64,000 nt of DNA. It comes from Ptychomitrium polyphyllum (taxonomy: Eukaryota). Every line of letters begins with the position of its first letter. Position 1 is the first letter of the stretch. A program made the position numbers and the translations under genes. The stretch covers positions 10,664,001 through 10,728,000 of the forward strand of contig OZ316776.1 in the NCBI GenBank assembly GCA_973851085.1, written 5' to 3'. This document shows positions 1 to 14,400 of the stretch, piece by piece. Below the pieces are notes generated by a model, which did no database searches, was not told the DNA's origin, and saw nothing but the letters and a program-made list of their open reading frames with translations.

Positions 1-514
1 ACAAATTCCCTCAGTCTCCATCTGAACATGGTTTTAACAGTGGAAATATTCCTTTAAATGATGGGATAATTCCTACTGCAGAGGGTGGTTGCAGAGGTTC
101 CCTGACGAATGCCATGTGAGGACTGCGTAAGCAAGACAACGACAACTGGCAGCCAAACTATTACACCAACGTGTCGGTACTTCAGGACCCACTAACAAGA
201 TTACCACCCTAATGCACATTATCCGATGATTAGTGCTAATCCGATCACAGGTACAGAGAATCCGATCTCGTCATGTTATCATAAATAAAGCCGCCCTGTT
301 TTGCCGAACCATCTAGTACCACCTGTCGTCAGCATGCTGCCAGTCTAGTTGTATGCACCCAGGCTCTACACTGGGACAGATATAAGGGCGAGCATGCTTG
401 TCTAGAAGCACCCAGTTTCAGTTTGCGCGCTAGTTGGCCAACGTGATACCTTTGCGTTGTGGAGCGAGCTTGTGAAGAACATTTCGGTGATATATCACTT
501 GGGTTGCTGCAGTA

Positions 515-1555
515 ATGGCTCCTATCGCTGTGGGCGACAAGATTCCTAACGTCACGTTGAATTATCTGGACGATGACAACCAAGCGCAGAAGTTTAACAC
601 GCACGAGGAGCTCAAGGGGAAGAAGGTCGTCCTGATTGCAGTTCCCGGCGCCTTCACTCCCACTTGCAGGTAGAGATCCGCAGGATGGCACTTTTATGTT
701 TGTGGGGTTCGTGTCACACTTTACTGATTCGTGTTGTGAGATACTTTGCTTTTCCTCCGTTTTTTATATCATGGCACGAGTGGTTCCATATTTACCTTCT
801 GTTCGGGACATGGTTGCTAAGGTTGAAAAAACTATTTCAGAATGTGAGATCAAAAACTTCGCAAATGATGCGAATCTGAACAACATCTGGGGGTTCTTTT
901 TTTTTGTTGTTGAACGGGGTGTAGCTTAAGTTTTTCGCAGTTCTGTATTTCTTTGTTTGCGAAACAGGGGAACGGGTGACACTTCGATAAAATCAATCAA
1001 GTGCGTCGTTACCTATCGCTTGGTTATGAGCCGCTCTCTTATTCACTGTTTGTACTTCGGGGCTAACTTTTTGATTTTTTCTGGCAGCCAAAAGCACATT
1101 CCTAGCTTCATTGAGAATGCCGAGAAGATTAAGAGCAAGGGTGTGTCGGATCTCATCGTCATTTCAGGTCTGTTTATTTTGTTGTTGTAGTTCGCTCACC
1201 AACATGGGATTTTATTTAGTTCAACTTAGCCGTCAGAGTTTTCTATGTTAAATAAACATTCATTGGGAGACGTTAATCATGTGAGGTTATTTGTTGTGCA
1301 GTCAATGATCCGTATGTCATGAAGGCTTGGGAGCGATCTTATGAGGGTGCTGAACACCTCAAGTTTTTGGCTGACGGCTCGGCCGAATTTACCAAGGCGC
1401 TGGGCTTGGAGCTTGATATGACTGAGAAGGGTTTGGGCATTCGTTCTTACAGATACTCTCTCCTGGTTGATAACTTGGTTGTGAAGGTTGCCAATATTGA
1501 AGAGGGTGGGGCATTCGCTGTTAGTGGAGGCGATAATATCTTAAAGGCTCTGTAA
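515..1555 (+). CDS. PRXII: Type II peroxiredoxin (cytosolic PrxIIB/C-like), 3 exons
   Basis: Exons 515-669, 1088-1167, 1302-1555 joined by GT-AG introns give MAPIAVGDKIP...VPGAFTPTCSQKH...SVNDPYVMKAW...ADGSAEFTKALGLELD...GLGIRS...ILKAL*, the typical PrxII signature with the peroxidatic Cys in FTPTCS. Confidence 0.95.
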
Positions 1556-4500
1556 CTGCGTTTGAGGAAGTATCAAACTAAGTTCTTTTTTGGTCTGATG
1601 GCTCTTTAGAAGTAAAACTTTACACCTTTCAAGTCTTCTTTTCCAGGAAACTGGAAAAAATGTAGTACTTGCAAAGATGTGGAGTGTTTACTGAGCTATG
1701 TCATGTTTTAGTAAAGGCTGTTTATATGAATGTGGGAAAGTTCATCTAGCTCGTTTGGATTTGAAAATTGTCAGGCGTGTGCACTTTCACCTTGGAAATT
1801 CTCAATGTGATGCGTGAATTTTTTGAAAAATCGATGATTGTCAATTGAAATTGCTGAAACTGTTGCTAGGCTCTTGTTCTCTGTGTTGTGTGCAGGGCTT
1901 AGGAAGTTGAATCATGGAATAAGTTGGTCCATTGGTTACTCAGTCTTCTTTCGTTGAACATTGTTTTTAAAATATCCTCTTTGACCGTCTTTGTTGAACC
2001 TTTGTTGAACAAATTTATTTTTGTTCACCTATTCTCGGTTAACAATTTCCGGCAAACATCGTTGAATCCGAGTTTGAATGTCTGCAGTAAACACTGAAAC
2101 AGTATTTGTCATATTTATAGAAGATTTAACGATTTAAACATCCTTGGCATGGTGTGTTACAGAATCGCAACGGTATAAATAAATCTTTAAGAATCCAAGA
2201 ATTTTAACCATTGGCTCTTTGTGTAGGTAAACATACAACATCTGAGTATCATGTAAAGTGACGCAGTTTCATTATTCAGGCCATGCAATAGACGAAGAAA
2301 TTGCGATGGACCCCTAATCTTTCGGTGTTACTTTCACTAATCTGATAGTCAATGTGCTAATAGGTTGTTTTTCGCATACCTCAGTGTCCGATTGGGTGTG
2401 TACTTGTTTAATTACTTTGCAGCTGAAGATTAGGTGACTTTCATACTGTAATTACTAAATTTAAGATTGTATAGTATGTCTTGTGAGCTGTTATTCCATG
2501 AGAACTGGGGATAAATATGAAGATACTTGTGCTATTTATGATGGCCTCTTTCACATCTGTTTGTGCACCTGCACTCATCTCTTCCGTCTGGTAAGAGAAC
2601 TCTGTTCACCTTTCATGGCTATCTTAAGGTCTTCAAAATTCCCTCAACCCCTTGATCTGCTTCAAACTGGGTATGTTTTGTGCCTCCTGACTATGAACAA
2701 TCAAACCTGAAGTGAGAAACTGTATGAAGATTCAATTCTTGTCAGGAACATAGGATCGTGAAAGCGCTTATTGTAGAAGCCTGACATAAATATTTGTAAG
2801 TTGGGAGGCAAGATTCCGGCAAGCCAGTTCCCAATAGCTCACCGGATTCACTGCACGTTGTTAATGAACAGTTGATACTGTAATTCTTCCTAATAGAAAT
2901 TTCAAGAAAGTGAGATGTGATACACATTACAGAACACAGTTGCGTTAGTATGGTTTGACCTTTCTTTGGGCTTCTTTCAAAATAAGGTCGTGACTTGTAG
3001 CTTTTTGAATTTGGTACAAAGGAGAATTGTAAGTTCTCTTTGATCGCTCTTGCTTGAACTCAAGCTACTATTGGCTCTAAACAACCAGATTTGGATTGTG
3101 CAAATTATGTTATGCTACTTGCAGAATCCAAAGATTTAAAGCAGTAGGTTCTAGCAACTGCTCTGTCGTGTACATTATGAGTGTACAAATGGTATTACTA
3201 GTGGATATGTAAATTTCGGCTATCGATAATTGTTAAGAGATGGTATTGCCAAACTGCATGTGACAGAACCTATATTTTTATCGTCATCAAATTTTCCACT
3301 TGAAACAATGTAGTTTCCGAGATTCGGCTGATGTTCTGCAGGTTTTAATGGCCACAGCGATGAGTAGCTTACTATAAGGGGTGCATGCGATTTTGATACC
3401 GTATAGTGTTGCAGTGAAATTGTATGACTAACCTATGACTTCAAGAGGGTGTTTTGACAACGAAGTGAACTAATCCCATACACAGCTTACAGTGTGCTGT
3501 ACAGTACCCTACACTAAGTATCTGTCGATGTTGATCACTAGTTGGTCACCATAAGTATCAGTGTTCTCTTTGATTTGGTTATATGTCACAGCCAACCACC
3601 TCCACCAATTGAGGTGAGGTTTGAGCTTATCATTTGCATTTGAAATGGTGGCAATTTGAATGCTTGAATATGGAAAAATATCACAGATTTCAATAGACTT
3701 CATGCTCATTTCTAAATGAACAATAAGACCTATCAAAGGTTGATGAAATTTATCTTAACTCCTTGTAACACTTTAGAAAGTGGACTACTATGTTAAAGGA
3801 TTTAACGAAAGCACAATTGTTCTCTTCTTTAATTACAAGGTTGAAAAGAAATGATAGGGTTGTATTGCAAAAGAGTTTGTTCTTGTTGCTTCTATAGGGC
3901 CATGGTTTTGCATTTGCATTTTTTATTCTTATGTTGTCATTGTGCATTGTAGTGGTGATATTTGTGAGAATGAAGGTTGATGAATATACTATAGAAGAGA
4001 AAATAAGGATTGTTGGGATGCATAGTGTTAAGTTCTTGTATACAGAGGTTGGAAGGCTTATGACATAAAAGAATTGCAAAGTGGATAGGCAAGCCTTAAA
4101 ATTAACAATGCCAAACACTAGAAAATTAAGTTGCTTTCTAACATCAAATAGTTGTTTGTAACTTATTAGATTGCTAAAAGAAATGAATTTGTAAGCATGT
4201 AGGCTGACACATTAGAAAAGAATATTAAAAAAATATTAGATTTCAAAGTGGTATTGTTCTAAAAAACCATTTTTAAAATTTAAACCTTAAAATAGATAGG
4301 CTATCATTTGCCAAGGTTTATAAAAATTGGTCAATATTTGATTGGAACAACACAATATGGACATACAAGTTTTACTTTGAAATTAGAAAGTTCTTACAAC
4401 TAGTGAAGGTTTGGCAATAAGTCTACAAATAATTTCTTTAGAATTGCTTAGCACCCACTTTCAATTCCAACTTCAATTTGGAGTGCTTTTATAGGTCCTA

Positions 4501-5484
4501 ACAAATGCTTTCTTCTTATTATACTTTCTAACAAATAAACAACTTTCAATTTTGTTAATTTTGTGTCTAGAACTTTCTTAAATAGCTTTTATTTTATGCA
4601 CCATAATTCCAAAATCCTTATAATTATAGAAGATGATGCCTAAGTGCATTGTAATTTAGTATTGAAACAATGGAGAGAAATGCAAGTGTGAAAAAGTCTA
4701 CATGACTTACAAACTTGTTAGACTTGAATCCTAAAAAAAATATGTAGAAAGTGTCAAAAAGCATTGTCAAAAAGAAAGTCCAATTGAAGAATAAAGATGA
4801 ACTACTTGAAGTCATTTATAAGCATACAAAGATACATCTATGGAGGCTCTACATATTTTCATTGCTAGCATACCTTATTATATAGAGATTGCAATTAATG
4901 TTAGTGGAATTTAACATTAATTTATAGAAATTGCAATTAAATGGTAGGTGGTATTGTAAAATAAATTATAATTGCATAATTTCACACTTTTATAAAAAAA
5001 AATTCTATTGTCATAAAAAAAAACTTCATTGTCTATTCAATGTACTTTATAGTTCATTAATTGAATTGTTTTTGAGTGCATAGCGTCATTTCAAAGTTCA
5101 CCATTCATTTAAGAGAAGTCACAAAAGTAATTTATGAAAGATAGATACTTATTAAAGGATATTAATAAATAAAATATTATAATATCATGGAACATAAGGT
5201 GTTTTATCATAACAAGAAACAATTCATTTATGTACAAATAGTAGCTAAACAATAATGGAAGAATTATAAGTTTTTTTTTAATAATTTATAAGCTCTTTTG
5301 TAATTATAAAAGTCCAATGGGTAGCAAAGTTGCCTTCATTGAAGTATGTACTAAGTACTTCAAGGAAGTATTATAAAATTTCTCCATGTACTTCAAGTAA
5401 CTAGCTATTTGGCTTAAAGCACATAATTTTTGTGAAATTAGTCACTTTAATTTCATCTTAAAAAAACTCTTACAAATTAAGTAC

Positions 5485-5540
5485 AAAATCAAAAAAATAA
5501 AATCAAAATCAAAAAAATAAAATCAAAATCAAAAAATCAA
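5485..5540. repeat. Short tandem repeat (AAAATCAAAAAAATAAAATC, ~2.7 copies)
   Basis: 20-bp direct tandem duplication visible in AT-rich DNA. Confidence 0.7.
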
Positions 5541-6849
5541 GAAAACAATATCAACATAATTACGTATGCTATAGCTATCTCGATTTTAATAAATTCATAA
5601 ATAAGGAAGGAAACAATACGAAATTATGAAATTTTACATGTAGAAAAAAAAGAACAGTGATGATTTTATTAAATCAAATTCAAGTTCATGGTTAATTCTA
5701 GCTCTTACAACTTCTACAAATAACATATACATATAAAAGTAAAACTGCAAGAAATAAATATGCCCAAGTCTTTTTATAGTGCTCGGGAATAGGGAGCTTT
5801 CGACGTTCACAAGGGATCCAGGTGAGCGTTCTCCGAGTGCCGTCTTTCGTGGAGTTTTGGAGATAAGCTTGCACTGAAAGACGATGAATCAAACCAAGTG
5901 ACTGTTAAACAGTTCCGTTCTCTGCTATGATGTTGCCGAGGCTAACATTTTCTACAACGATGCTTGCTTCTATCGTCATTTCGAATCCTCCATCGTCCAG
6001 AACTTGTACTTCCTTCACCCTGCCCATCTCTTCATCCAGGCCTGCCATCGTGGCACTTGCTTCTGATCTCTCTCCTGCCAATCTGTGAGCAAGACAACTC
6101 GTATGAGTGGACGTGTGTGCTTGAATCCGAAAATGAACTTTGAATTCTAACCAGGACCCTGTCGTTGAAGACCGGAGTAACAAACCATGCCTGAATCGGA
6201 GTAACTGCTCGGCTAGAATCGTATTACCAATCTCTTGCCACTCGAAACACCAACAAGGTATGAGTTCCAATCACCAATTAGACCCATGAGATGAGAAACT
6301 GTACCCACCTCGTCTGTGGCAAGGCTACCCTGCTGCATAATCCCTTCGAATGGCCATTGAAGCCGCTGCCCGACGAACCGCGGCATGAATCTCCTTTCAA
6401 CCTGCACGAAGCACCTCCGCTGCAAGTACATAACGAGGAGGAACCCACCGGTGCTCTACAAGGAGCGAGAGACATGGAACAGGGAGATCCTGAGGAGACA
6501 GAAGTCGACGTTAGGACTGCAGTTGTGTGCTGAGCAGTAGCAGAGAAGGGGAGCCTGCTAGAGCAGCCACGGTTTTGGGTACGCCTGCCTTGGGTTATGT
6601 CCTCACTGAGTCCCAGGACCCGGATGTGTCGATATGCACGAGCTTTCCACCGGTGCTGCTGTTGCCACATCGGTAACCCGAAACTTGGAAGTCCTTGATG
6701 TAGCGGGGCCGGTGATATTGTCATGCAGATCGACATGCACGGAGTTGAAGTTAAATACAACAACCAGAAGCTATTTCAAAGCTTACAAAGCTTTTACAGT
6801 ACATACAATAATATATTCACGCATAGATTCATCATCATGCAATTAGTAA

Positions 6850-7148
6850 TATTGAATAACACAATATAAACACATCAATATAAGAGATATAGAACCTTAA
6901 AGAGATGTAAATAAAAGCTCTCCTCTCAATCAAGTTATCTCTTTCTCAATCACATAAAAAATACACAAGTATGAGAGAGGTAACTACTCCTCTTGAGCCT
7001 CTCTTATATACATCTTCAAAGACCTTCTTAATTTAGAGTCTTTTAGATAAAAGACTTAAGCTATCTAATAATATTTCTATCTTTTCCTTTTTAAAAGTCA
7101 TATAATTTTCTTAAAATAGAAGACATACATTGTTCCTAATATCTAATA
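6850..7148. mobile_element. Possible degenerate solo LTR
   Basis: ~300-bp AT-rich block inside GC-richer DNA. It starts TATTGAATAACACAA and ends ATCTAATA (decayed TGTTGA..TAACA-like ends), with a TATA-like CTTATATA box. No clean TSD found. Confidence 0.35.
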
Positions 7149-8057
7149 TCATCTGTTGGATATTCATTTATTAGAAGATTATCATCTAGTACGATGGATT
7201 CTATCAATCCTGGGGCACTAGCCACTAGGATTGATAACGGTGACAGAGCTTCAGCTGAACCATGATGGGTGAGCCAAGTCCGGAGCAATTGTTGACAAAC
7301 TCGGAGATTCATTGGAGAAGCAGTCCTTGTGCTGTTCCCGTAGGCTCTCCCAAGAGTATTCATATGCGGGACGGTGGTGATTACCGCATGTTTACACAGT
7401 CATCTTGTTGTCGCTCAAGTTTGATATCTGGTGCAGCTTGTACTAGGAATTTTTCTGAATTTTGCTGCATTTTATTAGTGAGAGTGGTGTTTTACTTATG
7501 TTTTGGTCAAGATGCAATTGTTGTTTTTCAGGAGTTTGGTTTGACTTTGTGGCGTGTTCCATCATTGTTTGGATCACATTGGGAGTGTCCAACGGCCCCT
7601 GCACACTTGATATGTTGTCAAGATACATATCCCAAATGCCCTTGTAAGACCAACACAAGATATATTGAAATCTCAAACTTGCAAATTCAAGTGTTCAGCC
7701 TTGACGGATTCATAGTCCAATCCATGCCTCAAGAATCAATATACTGAAGGGCCACCTGAATGTGACCTTGCTCTGTGGTCAGAGCTCATATTTGACTAAA
7801 TTCAGAATTCTCATTTACCCACTCCCTGAGGTGGAAAGCTAAATGCCTACACAAATTCTATAATTTCACTAACGATGACTCCCGATCCTGAGCTTCCAGA
7901 GTGTTAAAAATGTAAAGGGTATAGATTACACATGATACAACTTCACAATGAGCAGAATTCAGTTGACTTACAAAGCACTAAATTCTTTGCGGAAAGCATT
8001 TGATCTAACGTGATGTCTGTCACTAGCTGACACCAAAAGAGTTTCCTCAATCCATCC

Positions 8058-11000
8058 CTACATTCCGAGATTGCGAAGATTCTCGAGGGGATGCAACACC
8101 GAATGGTTCTTCCTTCTGTGGCATGCTTCCCTGCAAAGAATGTCGTCCAAACTGGCCAAAGCTTGAAGAATGTAAGGCCCCTTGTTCAACATCACGCACT
8201 CCGCCCTGAAACATGCCCATCCACGATAAGCACACCGCCTTACAAACACATGGCCACACAAGCAAAATTGATCTCATGTCAAGCAGAAAACATGCTACTA
8301 CTTTGCACAAGAGTTCAGTCCTCCATCTAATGGAGATTGACAGATCAAGTCGCTATTCCACACAAGGTTGAGACAAGTTTCTTCATATGTACCAAGGCCA
8401 AATAATAAATTCACATCTCTACAAAACATCGGATTGTCGAAGGACAGTCCATGTGGAACCACTTAGCATTCTGAAAGAGTAATGAACATTAGAGATAAGA
8501 CACTAGAGTGGAGGAAGAGTTATTACCTGGAACCGGATGCAGCATCTGTGATCTCAGCGCGAGACGGCAGCCCTGACTTCGCCAATCCCTCAAGCACCTG
8601 CGTCGCCCAGATGGTGGGCACATGCGCGGACTCACAAATCAACAGAATCTGATCCTGGATCTCTGCAAGGCGTTGCCATCCACACTCCACTGCCATGTCG
8701 CCTCGGGCCACCATTACGCCCACTGGGTTCTTTGTCTCCATAGCTTGCAGAAGAATGGAAGGCAGTCTCTGAAACCCTAACTCTGTCTCTATCTTGATTA
8801 CAATTCCAAGCTTGTCTGCCCCTCGTCTTCCAAGCTCATTCTGAAGGGCACACACATCTGCTGGTCCATTCACAAAAGATAGTGCCAATATGTCCGCATT
8901 CGCCACAACAAAATCCAAATCCTCGGCATCTTTCACAGTTAGCCCATTTATAGACAAATCACTTTCAGGGAAATTGATCGCCTTCTCTTCTTTCAGTTTC
9001 CTTCCCTTGTGGTCCCCAGCTTCTGTAATTGTGACTAAGATTTCAGAAGAGGAGACGCTGGAAATGACGCCTCCAATCTTACCATCATCGAATTTGACAG
9101 GCTCTCCAGGCTTGGCGATATCGAAGACCTTCTCAAGCGTACACGTCACAGATGCAGGCGTCACCACTTGGCCTGCTTTGTCCAATTGGGCAGGACTTCC
9201 CAACACAGAGTCTCGCTTCAACAGAAGCTTGTCACCGGTCCGAAGGACTATGGCCTGCTCCACTTCAGGCAGGTGCCCTACTTTCATTTTCAGTTTCTTG
9301 CTCCGGTGCCCTGAAACTACTAGCTCACATCCAGACGAAATATAGGAAACAAATCCGCACTCAGCAAAGACGCCATCTATCGCTGCATCACTTCCCTTCT
9401 CCACTACATAAAATTCCCGCGGTCGTCCTCTTGCGTCCTTGAACTTAATTACATCTCCAATTTGGATCTTCTTTGTCCACTTAGGACTTGCTACAACTGG
9501 AACACATGCGTCAGGGATTCTCTCATCCGAAGGCTTCACTCCCTCCTCAGCAATCCAGACACAAGCTGGCTCAACAACATCACCAAGGCTGTTTTTCAAA
9601 GGCTTAATTTTGAGCACGGATGGGCCAGGTCGCATAGGGCCAGTGCGGAGCTTTGGCCCTGCAAGATCGAAGCTAATGCGACATGGCGTTTCCAGAAGTT
9701 GTGAGAAAAGGCGGACTTTCCGGACCATCTTCTTCCAAACCTCTGGATTATCATGTGCGCAATTGATCCTTGCAACGTTCATACCTGACTTGAAAAGGTT
9801 CCGAACAAGAACATCGTCCTCAGCAGCTTCTGAAGGAAGAGTGACCATGACCATTGTTTTTCGCCCTGGAGGTGAAGGTCCAAGAAGAGCCTCCGCATGG
9901 TTGGATAACATAGAGTTCCCTGCATGAAAAGAAATATCTTCATCCGCGTTCACCAACACGTCCATGCCAGGGGCCTGAGCGTTCGTAGGTGGTCTATCGT
10001 GTCGAGCAAAACTTTGCCTTTCTGAAATTGTTGGAGATGGGAAAGACTTGTCCTCTGTGTTGCCAGCAAAGCATGAAGTGTTGATGTGTGATCCATGAAG
10101 CAGAGAACGAAGTATGAAGCTGATTGAGCTTACGCTTGCCAATGTATGAGCTTCACAACATTCCAGGCTTGAGAGTCCAGAAGATGCGAGTCTTTCTTGA
10201 AGGTCGGCCACATCAAGGGAACGAAATGCCACGTAATGAAGCAAGTTTCTGGCACTGGCATAAAATTGTCTACCGCAAACAAGAAAAAGTTAGTTTCCTA
10301 GCCATGTTCGCATCAAAACAATAGCGATCCCTATAACAGGGTTCCAAAGTTTCGACCTTCGTTCCAATCCTAGATTGTTATTGGGAGACGAAAAAAACAA
10401 AGAAGTAAGATGCACTGCAAGTGCTGCACATCCCTAGCATCCACCTAAAATGGGATCCAATCTCAAACAAGACAATGACCAAACTAATTCTCAAAGACAA
10501 GTCAAGTTACATAAAAATTGTACATACTTGTGAACCTTCTTCAGCTGTGGAGCGTGCCACTGTTCTAGAGCCAAAGCCTGAAGCCGAATGCCTTCGAGCT
10601 GGTCAATCAGGTCCATGAGGGTGCTTTCGTAATTGGCCACCGAACTCGACGATAGCAATGACTGCGAGTCTTTGGATTTCCCTGAAATATTCAGACTTTT
10701 AGCGGTGACTGTGATCTCCCCCTCTGCCTCTACGAATCGGTCTGCCCTTCTCTTCTTGGCGGCAACTTTTTTCTTCTGAATCGATAACTGGTTAAAATCG
10801 CTTGCATCCACGGGCTTGTCTTCATCTGGTTCCTCATGATCACTGTCCACAATGGACAATGGAATCAACAATCCAGTAGCTGACCTCACAGACATCGGTG
10901 CGGCATGGCTTACCACTTGAAGCCTGCGAGAGGTCGTCTTCTCGTCGTCTTGAGCAGAAGCTTTAGAATTGGACTTCATGTTCCTGTCTGAGCTTCCATT

Positions 11001-11440
11001 TCCAGCTGCCACAATGTGAGCGCCAACGTTCAATGGCATTAAGACTCGTTTCCTACAAGACTGTTTCGACTTCCTAACTAAAAGAGCTTGTGAGGAGCTG
11101 TTGTTTTTTCCAATTTGTCGGTTCACACTGCATAGCCTGGAAGCAGTATGAAACAAAGCTTCATTAATACACCCCTTGCTTGCGTTTGCAGACGCTGCAA
11201 ACGAGATGCCCTGCAGAAGTCAAAGACAAGCACGAGAGTAGAATGCTGCAAATGGTCAGAACTTGATAATCATCTTGCATCGACACAGAACTACAAAGAG
11301 CATGAATCCAAGAGCATCAAAGCTTTCCTATTACCATAGTTTGAAGGTAAATTTTCAGGATCAGCTGCTGGCAACATCAGCTTACCTCTTACTGCTATGT
11401 TAAACTGGTTCACAGAAGCTTGGCCGTCCAGGACAAACAT
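8058..11440 (-). CDS. PKP4: Plastidial pyruvate kinase 4-like (atypical long PK), ~4 exons
   Basis: Exons ~11440-11393 (tentative first exon), 11210-10528, 10269-8527, 8205-8058. PK motifs present: MVTLP, GMNVARINCAH, DLAGPKLRTG, LSFV, IVIKIET, VMVARGDMAVE, WATQVLE, PSRAEITDA, AECVMLNKG. Ser/Lys/Arg-rich N-terminus resembles a transit peptide. The start codon is the least certain part. Confidence 0.88.
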
Positions 11441-14400
11441 GTGTACCCTAAGACAGCATATCATTCACTAGGTACTAATGTACGCCAAAAAAGATTCTGT
11501 CGAAGTTACCAGATGCATGTCACCTCTGTACATGCAACCTAAAAGTAAAAATATCACAACCTGACAGGACGTGTAATCGCTTATAGTTTAATGTCAAATT
11601 CTCAGCTGATTTTCTATATTTGAAAATTAATTAGCGCAGAAGTATTGCGAGAGAAGGGTTATAACATTCTTTAGCTGGATGACCCTGCACCAATATCAAC
11701 AGTACTAGAACAACATTCCACCTCTTCTCCAAGTGCTAAATTTTGTTAAACATTGTCTACAGTTGGAATATCTAGCCAGATGCTCTTCCATAGAAGTGAT
11801 GTAGGTTCAGCTGCCTAAAGAATGTAATGGTAATGCTTTGGAGAGAAGGCTCAATCTCACCGTTTGGCCGCCATAAGAAGTGCTTGGTTGAGTACCGAAG
11901 GCCCTCAACATGTTGCACTCTTGTTGCCCTTACTTGGTGATATTCAAATAAGAAGATGTCTGTCACACAAAATTACCGAACAGGTTAAGCTTACGCTCAC
12001 AATCTATCATGTGCACCAATATACTACAAAAACTCGTCACCTCTATACTTCAAGAAGAGGTTTGTACTCAACCATATATAGTGTGAAAGGTATTTAAACA
12101 AAAGTTGGAATAAAAGGCAAGCTCAAAATCCGAACCTAGAGTGTTGTTACATAAAGTTTGCACTCACCCATCAATGGAGAAAGGGAGAGAAGTAGCATAC
12201 CCTGCTCTTGCGATACCACCAGATAAAAAACTCTGTGTTGGTTAAAGTCTGCTATGGCAGAAACACAAACTTCAGATGACCTCTGGAAGGCCAAAACTGC
12301 CAATCTTCCTCGAGGTGTAGCTCTCAGCAGTCGCAAAGGAGTCCTCGGAGTAATGACGATGAGATGACTAACTGCTTCCCTCAATGGACACGTCCGGCAT
12401 AAACAACTCCAGCAGATTCGAGGCGCAATCCCCCACCCCGTCACCTTTAACTTGGAAACAACTAGCAGCCTTCACTAGACAATCAAGAGTGCAAAACAAA
12501 CCTCCTAAAAAGGATGTCGACAAATTATACAACGAGCAAACTGACAAACTTGACAACTCGTCTAAGTCCAATGGTGGAAAATATCACAACGAGAACGCCA
12601 GTGAACTTGACTGACTATGAAGTGTTAGGCGAAGAAAGAGCATTCGGAATCCTGCATCAAACCTCACCGACATTACTACACATGACATATGCTAAAAAGC
12701 CCAGGAAAACAACGACAGCTCTGGACAACTCAAGTTTTTTTCAGAGAAAAAGCACCCCAAACACATATTTGAGAATTGAATCCGAAGACCACACCCTACA
12801 CCATCCTCCCATAACTTAAATATGCTCCAGTCACAGACCCACGACAGTAATACATCGAGACCGATCGTGAATAACTCCAACAGGCCAACCGACAGTTCAT
12901 AGTACTTCAAACGAAGTCGCAACTGGCATGCTTGTTCACAGCAGCCAATCCGCCATCGCCACCTAAAATTGCACAGAGAAACCTCGTGCAGAAATGTACA
13001 ATTGCTGAGATCCAGGTGGCTTATCTCGAAATGGCAAAGTGATGAAAGCGTAGCTATGTAGAAGAAAAATCGAAGCTATCAAGCGATAAGTGAATATCTA
13101 GGCTGATGAGACACGGCAATGCTGCTGTATGAGGTGGTGCTGCAAAGCAGAACTTTTGATGTTGATTACCTTTTCCCATGACGTTGGCTTTCGGAATCCC
13201 GTACTGTAGAATCTGAAGGCTGGGAAGCTTTGATGAATCTTAGTGGCTCGTTGAACCCCTGAGCAAGGAATTCGTTTTGCTTCAGAAGCTGTCGTTGGAG
13301 GAGCTCTCCTCTTTGTTCGTTCTCCGTGGATGGTGGAAAGCATCGAGAATAAAGTTTTCAACAAATGTAATTTACAACCCTGTTGCCTTGCCAGCATCTC
13401 TCCAATGGCCGCCCATGAAGGTGCTCGTACCCAGGCCCGTACTCTAGGAGCTCCCAAATTCGTCGCCTCATTGTTGTGGCGGGACCACAGCCTTTGAAAG
13501 CCAAGCTTTGGCATTTCAGTGTGATTCAGAACCTGGAAGTGAATCTTTACTCCAACCTTAACAGATTCAGCAGCAATCACACTATTCAAATAATCCAGAT
13601 CTCAGACATTGCCTTCGTTAGTTTTCAAACGGCGCCGGACGTAATCTTGCATATCGCCGTTATTCATCTATTCTGAAAGCGACTGAATCCAAAACTATCG
13701 GGCACTGTTCATCTAGTGGGCATCTGACAAAATACATACGAACTCGCATAGGTGACATGGCAATGCATATCCAGACTGCTTAGAATTTGTCCTTTTAGCG
13801 CCCTGAATCTTAATTGTGACGCCTGTCTTCCTGTCAGATTACGAGACCAGTAAGTTGAACCCCTGCAAAGGTACAGTCTGCTTGGATAGGTCAAAGCCCT
13901 TTTTTGTAATTATGCATATTCTAAAGATCACCTTCAGGAATGTAGACAATTGCAGTAAGAAATTAAGTAGATGCCTAGCTTGGCCCCTCCCTCTGGCTCT
14001 AGTCGCATGTGCAACTTTGAAACGACATGTAGACTCTTCCTACGTCCTAAGTTCCTTCGTAGGACTTAGTGAATAATACGTCATCCCTTCCGAAAAAACA
14101 GTGGATACTTTCTAACCAGTACTAATGTCGAATTTCATCGTAAGGTAACATGCAGTAGCGACTTACTAGATTAGATCAGAATCCTTGCAGGAAAGCAACT
14201 CTGAGAGAGAGCAGAGTTCCAATAATTATTAGTCTGAATAGGAAGGCTAGGCTCGCCAGCATCTGCTATGTCACATGAAACAGAAACAAGGGACAGTTGG
14301 AAGGTTCTTGGTAGAGCAGAAATAAACATATCCTGTTAGAAACGAAGGAAATGCAAACGCAAACGATTCGGAATTGAAATTTATGAAACTCAATTCACGA

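Noticed and set aside
8890..9927. + strand ORFs inside the PK exon (and similar antisense ORFs in RUVBL2, EXO84 and TE genes)
   Set aside because: Antisense shadows of real coding regions.
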